Source of the DNA: Epithemia pelagica
Taxonomy: Eukaryota; Protista; Bacillariophyta
Length of the DNA: 64,000 nt
Assembly: GCA_946965045.2 (NCBI GenBank)
Contig: OX337228.1
Location: forward strand, 5,642,001-5,706,000
Direction of reading: 5' to 3'
The position numbers were made by a program, and so were the translations under genes. Below the pieces are notes generated by a model that had not been told where the DNA came from, made no database searches, and saw only the letters and a program-made list of their open reading frames with translations. Shown here one piece after another: positions 1 through 11,319 of the stretch (positions within the stretch are counted from its first letter, which is position 1; the number at the start of each line of letters is the position of its first letter).

Positions 1-876
1 CATAATCAAATCCTCCTGCGAGTAGGACTGTCTTATAGGATCCGTGACGATATGGTCTTGGTATTGTCGACGAATGCTGATATCGCTGTCAAGGACAGCT
101 CGTGCCTTGGTGAGAAGATTTTGATGAAGCAAATGTGGATGCAAACTGACTTCGTACTCGGGATCAAAAATTCGACGGCTCCCCATGGCTCCTGAATGCA
201 TAATGATGCGACCAAAGCATGAAAATGCCGTAATGGTATGAATGAACAAGCCAATGGCAAAGAGGAGCAAGACAACCGAGTAAGCTCCCACTGGCAAAAG
301 AATGAAAAAGAACAAAATCACCCAAAGCAGAAATGCATAAATAGAACTGACAATGAACCGTCCAGGAAGTTCTGCAGCATATTGGCCAATGCTTGATCGG
401 AGCACACAACGAGCATTTTCCTTATGAATGGCGGACACCATACTCCAGGCGGTAAATGTCGAAATGAGGCTCAAAATGGTGAGAACCGCCGAAAGGATGA
501 TCAATATTCCAATCCAAAAGGATATTGTATGTTGTTCTTGGTTGGCCAGTGCTTTCCGTACTTGAGTGGTGACTCCGGCCGAATTGAACAAGACGGCAAG
601 CTCGGTGCTCAAGAGCAGCGACATGAACACCATGGAACTTGCATATCGCTTTGTCATGTGTTCTCTCAAGTCCTCGCCGGACCCAATGCCCCACGCCAAG
701 TGTCGTCTCCATACGGAAAAGTTGTCGACTGCCACCAAGTATTCACGAGCTTTGACGAGCCCCAAGACGGACGTCCATGTTTGCGTCGAAAAGTCCCGTC
801 GAGGATCGACACTCGAAGTGCGCTGTTTCAAAGGACGTGGCTTGAACGAGCTTTCTTTCGAACCACGAGCACCCAT
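1..876 (-). CDS. Multi-pass membrane protein of unknown function, 3'-partial (runs off the window edge)
   Basis: Manual translation from ATG at 876 gives 292 open codons to base 1 (MGARGSKESSFKPRP...SMVFMSLLLSTELAVLF...FWIGILIILSAVLTILSLISTFTAWSMV...FLLWVILFFFILLPVGAYSVVLLLFAIGLFIH...). Several hydrophobic helices. Missing from the ORF track because there is no stop in the window. Confidence 0.8.
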   Translation of the reverse strand, partial: MGARGSKESSFKPRPLKQRTSSVDPRRDFSTQTWTSVLGLVKAREYLVAVDNFSVWRRHLAWGIGSGEDLREHMTKRYASSMVFMSLLLSTELAVLFNSAGVTTQVRKALANQEQHTISFWIGILIILSAVLTILSLISTFTAWSMVSAIHKENARCVLRSSIGQYAAELPGRFIVSSIYAFLLWVILFFFILLPVGAYSVVLLLFAIGLFIHTITAFSCFGRIIMHSGAMGSRRIFDPEYEVSLHPHLLHQNLLTKARAVLDSDISIRRQYQDHIVTDPIRQSYSQEDLIM

Positions 877-1629
877 GATAGCAGTGAGTTTCTTTTCTCC
901 AAGAGCTCCCACCGACAGAAGAAATAGTTGTCCCAGTTGTTGTTGTCTCCAGAGAGTGCCGGATTCCTTGAGTGCCGATCGCAGCCCGTGGATACAAAAG
1001 AATTCAACTTGAGGCAGGAATTCTCACTGTCAAGTTAAATTTGTAGCGAAATGGATCTCTTGGTTATCATGCGTTTCTTTGGGAGCTTCCTCGATCTGGT
1101 TTCACTTCAAGAACTTGTTCAAAGAGAGAGGGTTTAGTCAGGTCGGCACACCATGGGAAAAAGAGAGAATGTTTGGCTGTCCACGTGATCAATCGTGGTT
1201 TCTAGGTAATAGGTTGTATTCCTCCCTCCAGAGATTCGATAATCGTAAAAACCAAGTTGTGGATGAGAAAGGACGCGAGAAACAAAGCGCGTCCATCTCT
1301 CTCTGTGTACCACACTCCGCTTTGTAAGTATCCTTCCGTTAGGATGAGGTTGTCCGCGCCGGTGAACCCAGCAAATCATGTGCATGTCCAATTACAAAAT
1401 AATATTGTAGCTTCGTTCGGGGCCAGGATTCAAAAGCGATCGCAACGCGACTAAAGGTGCGGATATTCTGGCGGGGCTTCTTCCGATCCATTGATTTTTG
1501 TTTTCTTGTTGGACTCTATTGCCATTGCCACCATCCTCTAGTAGAGAGATCCAGATCCAGACGTTGCACTCCTTTTTCCATTAAACCTGCGCTCTTTATC
1601 TTTGCCGCGTTGAGAAAAGAAAAACTACA

Positions 1630-2092
1630 ATGTCCGAGAAAGCATTTCCATTAGCAGATGCTGAGTTGACGGTTGCCCTGTTGGATCTGGTCCAACAGGC
1701 CGTCAACTACAAACAAACGAAAAAGGGTGCGAATGAGGCGACCAAAACATTGAACCGGGGAATCAGTGAACTCATCGTCATGGCAGCCGATGCCGAACCC
1801 ATTGAAATCTTGTTGCATCTTCCGCTCTTGTGCGAAGATAAGAATGTTCCCTATGTATTTGTTCCCAGGTAATTCTAGCACAACGAAATGTTCCCTGTTG
1901 CCGCCAAGTGGCCTTTTCTTACCCTTTGTCTGTCTTGGTTTCTGTATATCGTCTATCAGCAAGATCGCATTGGGACGAGCCTGTGGAGTTTCTCGGCCCG
2001 TAATCGCTTGCTCCATTACAACCAACGAGGTTTCTCAGCTGAAGCCTACCATTGATGGAATGAAGCTCAAGATTGAACAACTCTTGATCTAG
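1630..2092 (+). CDS. SNU13: U4/U6 and box C/D snoRNP protein Snu13/15.5K (L7Ae family), 2 exons
   Basis: Exons 1630-1868 and 1960-2092, intron 1869-1959 (GT..AG). The spliced product reads [11 protein letters not shown]...[17 protein letters not shown]...[31 protein letters not shown], the Snu13 signature. Confidence 0.97.
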
Positions 2093-2285
2093 GAATAGAC
2101 GCGACTATACGTTGATGAATCTCAGTGATCATTTTGAAGGCCACGTCTGACCGTGTGGCCCAGTGAGGGAGGAGACTCTTTTTATCAATAGCGCCATGAA
2201 TAAAATCAAACATTTGTAGAAAGCAGTGATAGTTCTACGTATTGCAACCGAAACCCAAGAGAATGAAATTAAATCGTCATCGTGT

Positions 2286-3369
2286 CTATAGCAAATCGTC
2301 ATCTTCTTCATCGGAACTGTCTTCGTCACCCCAACCGGTTGCTCCTGTGCGAAGAACGGGGCGTTTCTTTTCTACCGGTTGTGCTGCTGGGGTATCCTTT
2401 TCGTTCTCAAGTGAGGTTTCCGTTGCAAACAGACCATCCAATTCCCGGCACGTGTCATGGCGCGAATCGTTGCAGTCTGGAATCGATGTGCGGCTCACAA
2501 CCGATATGCACGGTGACGCATCATCATCTTGAAGTTGGTCATTGTCACAAATGGTAATGGCCATTCCAGAATTCTTGCCCTCCTTGTGTTCCTTGGCGGT
2601 ACGGGGCGTCGAACAGGTTGCAAAAATGTCGTCCACAGAGTCCACCGAGAAGGAATTTTGACGTTCTCGTTCTGTGCAACTAGTGTCGTGATCTTGTTCG
2701 GACGACAGAGAAGGTGGGTGTTGGAGCGTCTGGACCAACTCGGGAGGGTCATACTGATGGAGAGCAATACGCCTAGACGAGGAATGGAGTCCCAGAAACC
2801 AAATGAGTCGACATAATAATGAGCGAAACACAAACAGGCAAAACAGGGCAACCTTACCATGCGCGAACAAGACCTTGCCACCGTTTGGTGGAGATTTGTA
2901 AATATGGATTCGGTGTGGCCGGGGTAGTCATCGATCGAGCCTGACGTTTCTCTAGTGGGACCGTGGCTCTATACCGAGCATAGCCGGCCGTGTTTTTGCC
3001 TTTGGTGAGCATCTTTTGGCGTTGTTTGATACGATGAGCATGTTCTGGATTCGATGCATCCATGAGTGGTTCGGGAGGATCTGAAGTTCTCCCTTTTTGT
3101 AGATGTTTCTTGGCAGTGCCTTTTTCAGGCTTTTGCGGAGTAGGATTGACATTCTGCCGTTTGTGAGATCGTTCGTGATTCGTTTTCTTGGTTGCACTGT
3201 GTGGAGCTGGCGGTTGCGAATTTCGTCGCTTGTTCTCGTTTAGATGGGCTTTGTGTTCGTAATTATGAGTGGCAAAGTGTGACTTGTTGTTGTGGTGCGG
3301 CGTAATACGATGAGCCTTGCCGCGTGGGGGAGTAAGGGTGGATGCGGTCTCCATAGTTGTGCTTGTCAT
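2286..3369 (-). CDS. SLBP: Histone mRNA stem-loop binding protein (SLBP-like), 2 exons
   Basis: Exons 3369-2858 and 2772-2286, intron 2857-2773 (GTAAG..CTAG). Splicing rebuilds the RNA-binding domain RIKQRQKMLTKGKNTAGYARY...TPATPNP...STKRWQGLVRAW-RIALHQYD. Acidic C-terminal tail. Confidence 0.85.
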
Positions 3370-3714
3370 TATGGTCGATAGAATCACAAAGCTGCAATCT
3401 GTCAAGAGAAAGGCAATATGCAATAGGTAGATGATGTCGAAATGATGGGGTGAAAATGTGTGGGCGCGCCATTTTTTCGTGATGGCAACGAAGCGGGTAG
3501 GTGAGTCTCGCGCGACGCGCCCAGAAACATGCCGGCCAGGCGCGGATAGTGAGCGGAACATTTCGATCCATGAACCACGACCCAAAACGAGAACTGACGC
3601 CGCGATTGCTCTTGCTCCTGTTCCAACCCAACAATCCTGAGACATGATCAAAGATTGACTTGTCTGGGTACACACATAAAATCAGTTGCTTCCATTCATT
3701 CCACAACAAACGCA

Positions 3715-4161
3715 ATGTATTCACCATCGTCTCCAGACTTTCATAGAAGCCGAACGGGTTCATCGTCCAAACACCCCAAGAGCCCAAAACACACAAGAGA
3801 CAGTTCCTTGCCGTCTCTCCCAAGTCTCTTCAATGAAGATGATGATGAATCGGTCGTCACGAAGGAATCATTATCGCTTTCGCCTAGTTACAGCCGCCGT
3901 CGATTGAGACCAAAAAAGACTCAGTTTGAAAGAACACTGTTACAAGCACATGGGCTGACGGCTGCGCTGTTTTCCTGCGTTCCATGCCAATCCATGGACG
4001 GAGTTGGAGCAGCGAATAAAAAAGCAATGAAACGGCAAGGCCTTGGATCATATTATCTCCCTACAGATCTTTTGGATGACTCGGAAGTCCTGCCCTATAT
4101 TGCAACAGCTGGGGAAGCGCAGGAGAGTGGGCGACAAAGATATGATACAAAGCGATACTGA
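3715..4161 (+). CDS. Hypothetical Ser-rich protein
   Basis: About 148-aa ORF from ATG 3715, divergent from SLBP. No recognisable domain. Confidence 0.4.
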   Translation: MYSPSSPDFHRSRTGSSSKHPKSPKHTRDSSLPSLPSLFNEDDDESVVTKESLSLSPSYSRRRLRPKKTQFERTLLQAHGLTAALFSCVPCQSMDGVGAANKKAMKRQGLGSYYLPTDLLDDSEVLPYIATAGEAQESGRQRYDTKRY

Positions 4162-4465
4162 GGCAAGAGAGAGAACTTTTGCTCTCGACATCCTCTCAGT
4201 GTAAAATTAAAACCACGTGCATTATAGTGTATTTCATGACATGAAATGATGTTCCCGACGGGGATCAGTCGATGTTGAGATGCGCTGACATCCTTCGTCG
4301 TGACTTCGAAAATGCGTATGTCACTCATAAACCTAGGGACATTCCATTTTTACGGATTCATCCATCAAGAATGCATGCGGACTCAACTGGACAGCGTTCA
4401 AGAAGGTTTATAGGTTTCTATTTTCATTACCTGTGCAAGTTAACGTGATAATCAACACCGAATCA

Positions 4466-6079
4466 CTATCTACAATTGCCCTGTTCTCTTTCTATGACAA
4501 GTTCCGTCGCGCCAACAGGATCCACAGCTTTGTTTATCCTTGACAAGGTTTCTGCAGCTGCTTGTATGGTCTCGTCTGTTTTACAAAAGGCAATACGAAC
4601 AAACTCGTCGGAGACGCCCTCGCGGACACGTTCCTTCGAGAAGAATGGACTTGATGGAATGCATAGGAATCCGTGTTCCTCTGCCATCCACTGGCAAAGG
4701 GCCCAATCCTGTCGCGCAATCCCATCAGGAGCAGCAGAATTTGGGGCAAAAAGCCTCGATGGTGGTAATTGATCAGCCATTGTCTTACCGATTCGCGCCA
4801 GAATGAAAAAACCACCACCAGGAGTTCTGTTGTAATCTGGGACAGCGAAGCCCGATTTGCCAAGTGCAGTGACCAGCATGTCGCGTTTCTTTGTGTACTC
4901 CTCTCGTAAGAAATCGTAGTAGGAGTCATAACCTTGGTATGGTTCGTCTGCTCGGGGGAGGGAACGTGCTAGTGCTTCTTGAATGACTGTTGAAGCACAA
5001 AACTGTACATATGGCAGCAACTGATGGATACGTGCAATCAAGTGGCTAGGTCCGACACACCAACCCACTTGCCACCCAGTTGCAGAAAAGGTTTTTCCGG
5101 CGCTGGAGATGGTAATCGTCTTTTCCCACATTCCAGGAAGTGACGCGAAATGAATATGTCCCCTACAGAACAGCGACTCTTCCGAAGCGCGTTCTTTCGG
5201 TGGAGCGTGAACGATATACTTGTACACTTCGTCTGACAGAACGACACATTCTGGATCGGCGTGTTCCAACGCCTCAGCGACGTACTCCATTTCATCTCGT
5301 GTGAAAATTTTCCCAGTTGGGTTATGTGGAGAATTGAGAATGATTGCTTTGGTTCTTGTGTTGACAAGCTTCATGAATGCCTCGCGTTCAAGGCACCAAT
5401 CACCTCCGGTGATTACTCCATCGTCGTCCTCGTATTGAACAAATTTGAGAAGCACAGGGACTGGTTTCCCACCAGCCAGTTTGATTTGGTTTGCATAAAG
5501 ATCGAAGAAAGGTTCAAAGAGTATCACTTCATCACCTGGACTAATGAGCGTCTGCAAACTCAGGAATAGGGCTTGGCTAGCTCCCACTGTTACCGCGACC
5601 TCCGACATGGGGTCGATTTCTTTTCGCAAATGAGCTGAATAGCGTCGAGCAAGTTGTTTCACGAGTTTCGGGTGACCGGCTGGACGAGTATACTGGTGAG
5701 GGGACTGTGCAGAGTCCTGCACAGCTTCTACCAAACTTTGGATCGCAAAATCTGGTGGCAACCAATCAGGGAACCCCTGTCCTAAGTTGACCATATTTTC
5801 ATTTTCTTCCGCAAGGCGACCAAACTCAGACCATACAGTCGGAACTGCTGGTCCAAGACGCGCCGTGGCCTCTCCCACACCTGTCATGTGCAAGTTGTTG
5901 CAACCCGCTTCCCCCGATGTACATGAATCGGAATCACTACCATGGCTGGCCTTCAAAATTCCGTTTTCCGAGACGACCGAACGTGATCCATAGTCGGCCC
6001 CGAACAGAATCCGAGGTATTTGGAACGAAGTTGCACCATCGAGAAGAGCACATAGGGCTACAATGAAAAGGATCTGCAT
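4466..6079 (-). CDS. PLP-dependent class I aminotransferase (kynurenine aminotransferase/glutamine transaminase K family) with predicted plastid presequence
   Basis: Motifs NLGQGFPD, QYTRPAGHP, NSPHNPTGK, SDEVY and SAGKTFSATGWQVGW (PLP lysine). N-terminal signal peptide ends in ATS-F, matching the diatom ASAFAP-type cleavage motif. Confidence 0.9.
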   Translation of the reverse strand: MQILFIVALCALLDGATSFQIPRILFGADYGSRSVVSENGILKASHGSDSDSCTSGEAGCNNLHMTGVGEATARLGPAVPTVWSEFGRLAEENENMVNLGQGFPDWLPPDFAIQSLVEAVQDSAQSPHQYTRPAGHPKLVKQLARRYSAHLRKEIDPMSEVAVTVGASQALFLSLQTLISPGDEVILFEPFFDLYANQIKLAGGKPVPVLLKFVQYEDDDGVITGGDWCLEREAFMKLVNTRTKAIILNSPHNPTGKIFTRDEMEYVAEALEHADPECVVLSDEVYKYIVHAPPKERASEESLFCRGHIHFASLPGMWEKTITISSAGKTFSATGWQVGWCVGPSHLIARIHQLLPYVQFCASTVIQEALARSLPRADEPYQGYDSYYDFLREEYTKKRDMLVTALGKSGFAVPDYNRTPGGGFFILARIGKTMADQLPPSRLFAPNSAAPDGIARQDWALCQWMAEEHGFLCIPSSPFFSKERVREGVSDEFVRIAFCKTDETIQAAAETLSRINKAVDPVGATELVIEREQGNCR

Positions 6080-6364
6080 GGTCTACGAAGCCACGAGCGT
6101 TGTTATGTCTGGTCCAATGTTATGCCGTCGTGGCTTGTCATGTATCATGAAAATATAATCACCATGCTTATGATGATGAGTTAATCTGAACACATCATCG
6201 ATTTTTTTTCTTCCAATGGACACGTACCTTCAAAATGGTCGTGGATGGTCGCATTAACGAGCTCAGCAGTCCCTCTCCTTCCAGTCACGAACCATGCATT
6301 GCAGCTAGGTACACTAGGAGTAGGAAGTAAGTTCTTGTCTTTAACAAAATTGAGAAAATCTATC

Positions 6365-9115
6365 CTATATCAAATCCAAAAGAATCATTTCGATGTCTTG
6401 GTGAATCGGATCTTTGGAATTCGGACCGTCATAGGGATTGCGCCCTTCAAACAAAACATTCTCCATATACTTGAGCTGCCGGAGTAATGAAAGGGTTTGG
6501 TCCATGGGTCTCGTCCCTAGTGACTGGATTTTTGTCTAAAAGGAAATAGCAAGAGAAATGAGAGGTGCAAATACCATTTGCGACAGAAGAATTGTTCGTA
6601 GCGTACCATGATTCGGGGGTAGAATGCGATGCGAGATTTAAGGCATTTTGCACGTTTAGAGTCTGGTTCAGCCGTCTCTTCCAATTCGTGCATTCGCTTG
6701 TGAGAATTTGGGGTTGAGTGCAACCCATTCATCGAAAGCGCCGCGCCTAAAGTAGTAAACGAAACAGATCGCCCCAAAGCATTGGCATCTGAGTTTTGTA
6801 CAGGGCTGTTTTGCGGCACAGAGAGAGGGATTGCAGCATCGTTATCACCGTCTTGTTGATCATCATCGTCCGTCTCTTCCACAGTTGGTGGAGAGAAGTA
6901 GTATTGATGAAGCTGCCACAAATCAGCGTTGTGAAATGGCAGACGTCCGATCTCGCTCAGTGATCGGAAATGAGATCTCAACCATTTCAAGTTCTCGTTC
7001 CGTCGTACCGGATCCTCCAAAGGAGACACTGCAATGGCAGCTCGGGCAGCTTCCCCCCGTGATGATTGACTATTCACTTCTTCCACCCATTCGTGAAGTT
7101 GATCATCCACACCTGCAGAAAAAGACGGAACGATAAGAGTACCCGAAGATGTCCTTTCTAGAAGGGCTGTCCCGGCGGGATCGATTGGTGGACCTTCGAC
7201 AAAAGGAATATCGTGTGTTTCAGCTTTGAACATGTCCTCCTGCCTTGTCCCCAACGATGATAATGCTATTTTGGCTGCAGAAGCTACAGCAGCAGGGGGT
7301 GCAGGTCCCACAATTTCTGGTGAATTGGGTATGCGCCCGTGGCCGGACTTGAGCAGCCATTGTTGCCACATCAATCGGACAAAACCCAGAACTTGAACAT
7401 TAGACCAGGTTTCGGGAAGACGCGGGATGCCCAATGTCATCGCGATGTCTAAGATAGGGTCAGAAAGGTAAGTTTGATGCAAAGGGACGGACAGAGTATG
7501 ACGTCATGTATTCGGACTTACTTGCAATGGGAAAGCCAGTCAATACACGAAGTCCAATCTTGCGATTTGATATTATCCCAGCCACGATGTGCCTCTGAGC
7601 AGAGTACCCCATACAACAACTGTCAAGATTCAGTGTTGTAAGAGAAGCACTGTATGCAAGCGCGACAGCAACTGCTTTGGATGCATTTTGATCGATCGGA
7701 ATTCCACTCAGTCCAAGCTTTTTCAACGACGAACATTCCGGAACCTTTTTCATCAGCGACCTGATACCAACTGTGGTCACACGGTTGAAGCCAATATCTA
7801 AGACTTCGAGTTCAATTGATGTCAGAACAACAGCACATAACTGTGCACCTCGACCCTGAAGCTTGTTGTTATCAAGTTTGATCATGCGCATGTGGGGGGA
7901 TCCCCAGATGGAGTTCATCAAGCATTCAACTCCTTGGTCTGAGATTTCGTTGAAAGATAGCTCCAGTTCTTCCAATGGAATATTTTTATTTTGAGAAAGT
8001 GCCTGCGACAGAAGTAATATGTCACCGTCACCGATGCCGTTGTTTGCAAGCGAAAGAACTCTCATCGATGTGTTTGACAGAGCCATCCCTGGAATGGCTA
8101 TGAATCCAGTTGAATCCATTCCTGTGCCTCCAACATGGAGTTCTGTTAGTGTTCCACGGGGTGTTGAGTCGATATTTCTCTGCTGTTGCTGAACTAACTC
8201 GCACATTGTGCTATCGTTTTTTGCCACAGCACCCACAATCGCTTTGATGCCGCGCGATCCAACTTTGTTCGCTGTTAAGTGCAAAGCCGAAAGCCCCGTT
8301 CCATGAAGGATTGCTCCTGCAATGGCAAGGGCTCCTTTTTCTCCTATTCTGTTGCCGGAAAGATAGACACCCGATATGTTCATATTTCGGGCAATTGCCA
8401 GGAGAGCGACAGCTTCACATCCAGGGTCTCCGATACCATTAAACCCAAGATCCAGAATACTGAGTTTCTCGTGGTGCTTCCCATTCTGTAAAAAACTATT
8501 TGCTATTATGATTGATCCAGCGTCCCCCAAATCGTTGTAGCTCAGCTTCAGCACTGAGAGAAAGGGGCTCGCAACAATTGCTTCATGCAGCAAAAGGGCT
8601 TGCCCATGACCGATGCCTCGTCGCGTCAAATTAATCTAGCAGATTACATCAGAAAACCATAAACAAACAATTTCCAAAGGCTAATGGGCACTTACCATAG
8701 AGAGATTCCCTCGCGACGAGATTTCTTGAAGCCTACGTAGAAGAACTCGACTATTTCTTTTCCACGTGAGATGTACCTCAAAATCTTCGTTCTCCGATAG
8801 TATTTCATCATGGCTGGGCGATCCCGCGTTAGATTTCGGGTCCCTATCTTCAACTTCCTCTTCGGCTGCATCTGTCACGACTGAATTGTCCGGTTCATCA
8901 CTTTCAGGATGATGGTTACCAGTATTCCTGCTGCGTCTTCTGGATGGCTTTTGAGAGGAAGCTGCGTAAGTATTTTGTTCGCTCATTGATGGATCACTAC
9001 AAGACTCGTCAGTTACGTTTTGCACAGATGAGGCCAGGACACTACAGTCAGTGGAGTAATTCCGAGAACTTGGGAGCGAGTTGGCGCTGCGATATATTGG
9101 CTTGATTCTCGACAT
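6365..9115 (-). CDS. RNI-like leucine-rich-repeat protein, 4 exons
   Basis: Exons 9115 (or 9172)-8696, 8635-7522, 7448-6607 and 6535-6365. Introns are 60, 73 and 71 bp GT..AG with compatible phases. Repeats such as LKLSYNDLGDAG, LDLGFNGIGDPG and LSLANNGIGDGD. Confidence 0.85.
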
Positions 9116-9695
9116 GGGATCCCTCGGAGGCACGTGAATTACAACACAACCCTCCGTAGCAACTGAGACCATTGTTCTCGGTATCGGTTCCGACCAATTC
9201 GCGAGTGCTTACAGGAAGCAAGCCAACATCAAACAGTTTTATCTATCAAGATGTGGATGAGATGTATTCGATACTTTGAGACTTTCGGAGTGATGGTAAT
9301 AGTTGCTGCAACGTTGCTGATTGCTGATCTCTTGGTTGGGTGCAGGAGGGGTCTCTTTATTTTTATCGAACTACCCAAACTACACCGAACACCGAACTCC
9401 GACCTCCGAGTCTCATTCGTCAGTCGACACAGTACATTCTGCCTTACACTAAATAAACTGCGAGTACCGGATTAATAATGACATGTCTGACGGCGATGGT
9501 CATGGGGACGTTCGACGTTCAGATTCAGAGTCGAAGAGAGAAAACTACGAACACATCCTGAAGCACGTGTCGTTTCGCGCCTGTCCAAGAGATCGCATGT
9601 CGGTCACAAGAATCATGTCCGTTGAGGAGTCCACAAGTTCAGAATCCTACAATCAAACAGATCTTTTTGCCGAAGGCCTCAGAAACCGAAAGGCT

Positions 9696-10500
9696 GGGGA
9701 GACTGATGATGAGACGACGTGTATCAACAATCCACCCAAGGACACGTTGTTCTTCAACTGGTGCTCCTTCGGCTTGAAGTTTGTCGGCTTCAAGCATGGC
9801 TTTTCGCGGAATGGGCTCGTCGTCGGCGAGTGGGCGAGTGACGAGGTGGATGACGAGTGGGACGATGCTCGGACAACGGGTGATGTTGGCAGGGGTTGCC
9901 AAAAACAGCTGAATCATGTCATCGAGGTAACAGTCGTGGTATCCGTGCGGCCTTGGAGGGATGGTGACTGCCAATTCGCGTGCCGGGGCGAGGGGAATGT
10001 CGTCGGCAAGGTAATCTGGGGGACCGATACCGTCTTGGAGGGGCGAGACACAACAACTTGGGTTCCAATCGTCAAAGTCTGCGATGTCGTTGCAGAGGTC
10101 AGTGCTGACTTCGGAAACGACGGAGAACTCGGCTGGGTTGGCGGATGCACCGAAAGTGAGACGCAAATTTAGATGAGCAAATTTGTTGGATGGGTCGAGC
10201 GTGATGTTACGCGCGGCAACGTCGCCGTCGCCGTGAATGCGACGGTATGCTGAGGCCCAGTCAAATTTACTTAACAATATTCTGTCGTCTGGATGATGCC
10301 AACGGAGAGTGACGATTTGGTGGATAACGCGATCGAGGCAATGGCCCATCACAAGGTCGATGAGCTGGTCTTGGTCGATGAGGTCGTTGGTGGCTGGACA
10401 AAACCCTAGGGAGAATGATTGATCGTGGGTCAGACGATCTTTCGGAATAAGGTCGCCGTGAGCGTCAATGCCCCACTGATGGGCAACTCCCATGGGACTG
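9696..10500 (-). pseudogene. 3' half of the split reverse transcriptase ORF of the DIRS-like element
   Basis: MGVAHQW...KDRLTHDQSF...LLSKFDWASAYRRIH...LRLTFGASANP...YLDD (9918-9929)...VLGWIVDTRRLIISLP. RT-like sequence ends near 9696. Confidence 0.85.
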
Positions 10501-11283
10501 TGTTAGAATTCTCACCGTCTATGGTGGTTAGATTCTACATCTCATCGATTCCCCATGTCACATAGCCTCGTGCTATCGCATCATGCCCTCTAGCTTCGAG
10601 CTATGTTTCCTAGCTTCGCGCTATATCGACCTATATTTCTTCGCAAATCATGAAAAGTGAGAATAGATTGACGAACTCACTCTCAAGACTAAATTGGGTC
10701 GTGCGGTATTACAACGGACGTAAATTTGGCCGTTGCTCGGACACTGTACTAACGCCCTAAGCGTACGCGCCCGAAATCATCGAGCGCGCCCAAGTGACAT
10801 CCGAGCGCTATCGGCATCTATCCGATCCAACGGTCTAAGTATCCCAAGCACGACACACGATCACGCGAGACCATATTTCCATTCCCACAATCTCCAAATT
10901 GTCAACAAGCTGCGCGCCATGAAAACAACTATGCCAACCCAAAGCAAGAGCTGTTGACCCTGTATATGTTATCCGCCCACATATACATGTCATATACATC
11001 ACATGAATCAACTCCAACTATTCCAAACCTGTTGCCGCCAAGAACCTATGATACATGACCCTTGGCAGGACCGAACATTTCACGTAGACCTATCGTAGTA
11101 ATCAACACACAATCTAACAATATCACCATTTATCACATCCTCTTTTGTGTCCCGACTATCCTTCTGATAGACTTCGACTTGCTTGCTTCTCTGACCCTGA
11201 GAAGCTTGTATCGGTTGGTGACCTACCTGATTGTCTGCTCTACCGAGCATCAATGTCCCTACGATTCAGAAAGAATTGTAACA
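10501..11283 (+). repeat. 5' LTR of copia A (783 bp)
   Basis: TGTTAGAATT...AATTGTAACA. No differences from 18102-18884 found by eye. Confidence 0.97.
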
Positions 11284-11296
11284 GATTAACAGTCTC
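11284..11296 (+). promoter_or_regulatory. Primer-binding site of copia A, complementary to a tRNA-Asn(GUU) anticodon stem-loop
   Basis: GATTAACAGTCTC directly abuts the LTR. Its reverse complement GAGA-CT-GTT-AA-TC fits tRNA positions 28-40. Confidence 0.7.
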
Positions 11297-11319
11297 AAAG
11301 CTTATTTCCTTGTGGTTTC

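Noticed and set aside
424-1012. Plus-strand ORFs 424-927 and 566-1012 in the ORF track
   Set aside because: They are antisense shadows of the longer membrane-protein ORF on the minus strand (876 to <1).
9701-9705. A third GACTG near the truncation point as a TSD or deletion breakpoint
   Set aside because: It lies inside RT coding sequence (ATC AGT CTC) about 5 nt before homology ends. A 5-mer match is expected by chance.
9483-10172. 229-aa plus-strand ORF as a real gene
   Set aside because: From ~9696 onward it is simply antisense to the RT. Only the first ~70 codons are independent, and they show no recognisable domain.
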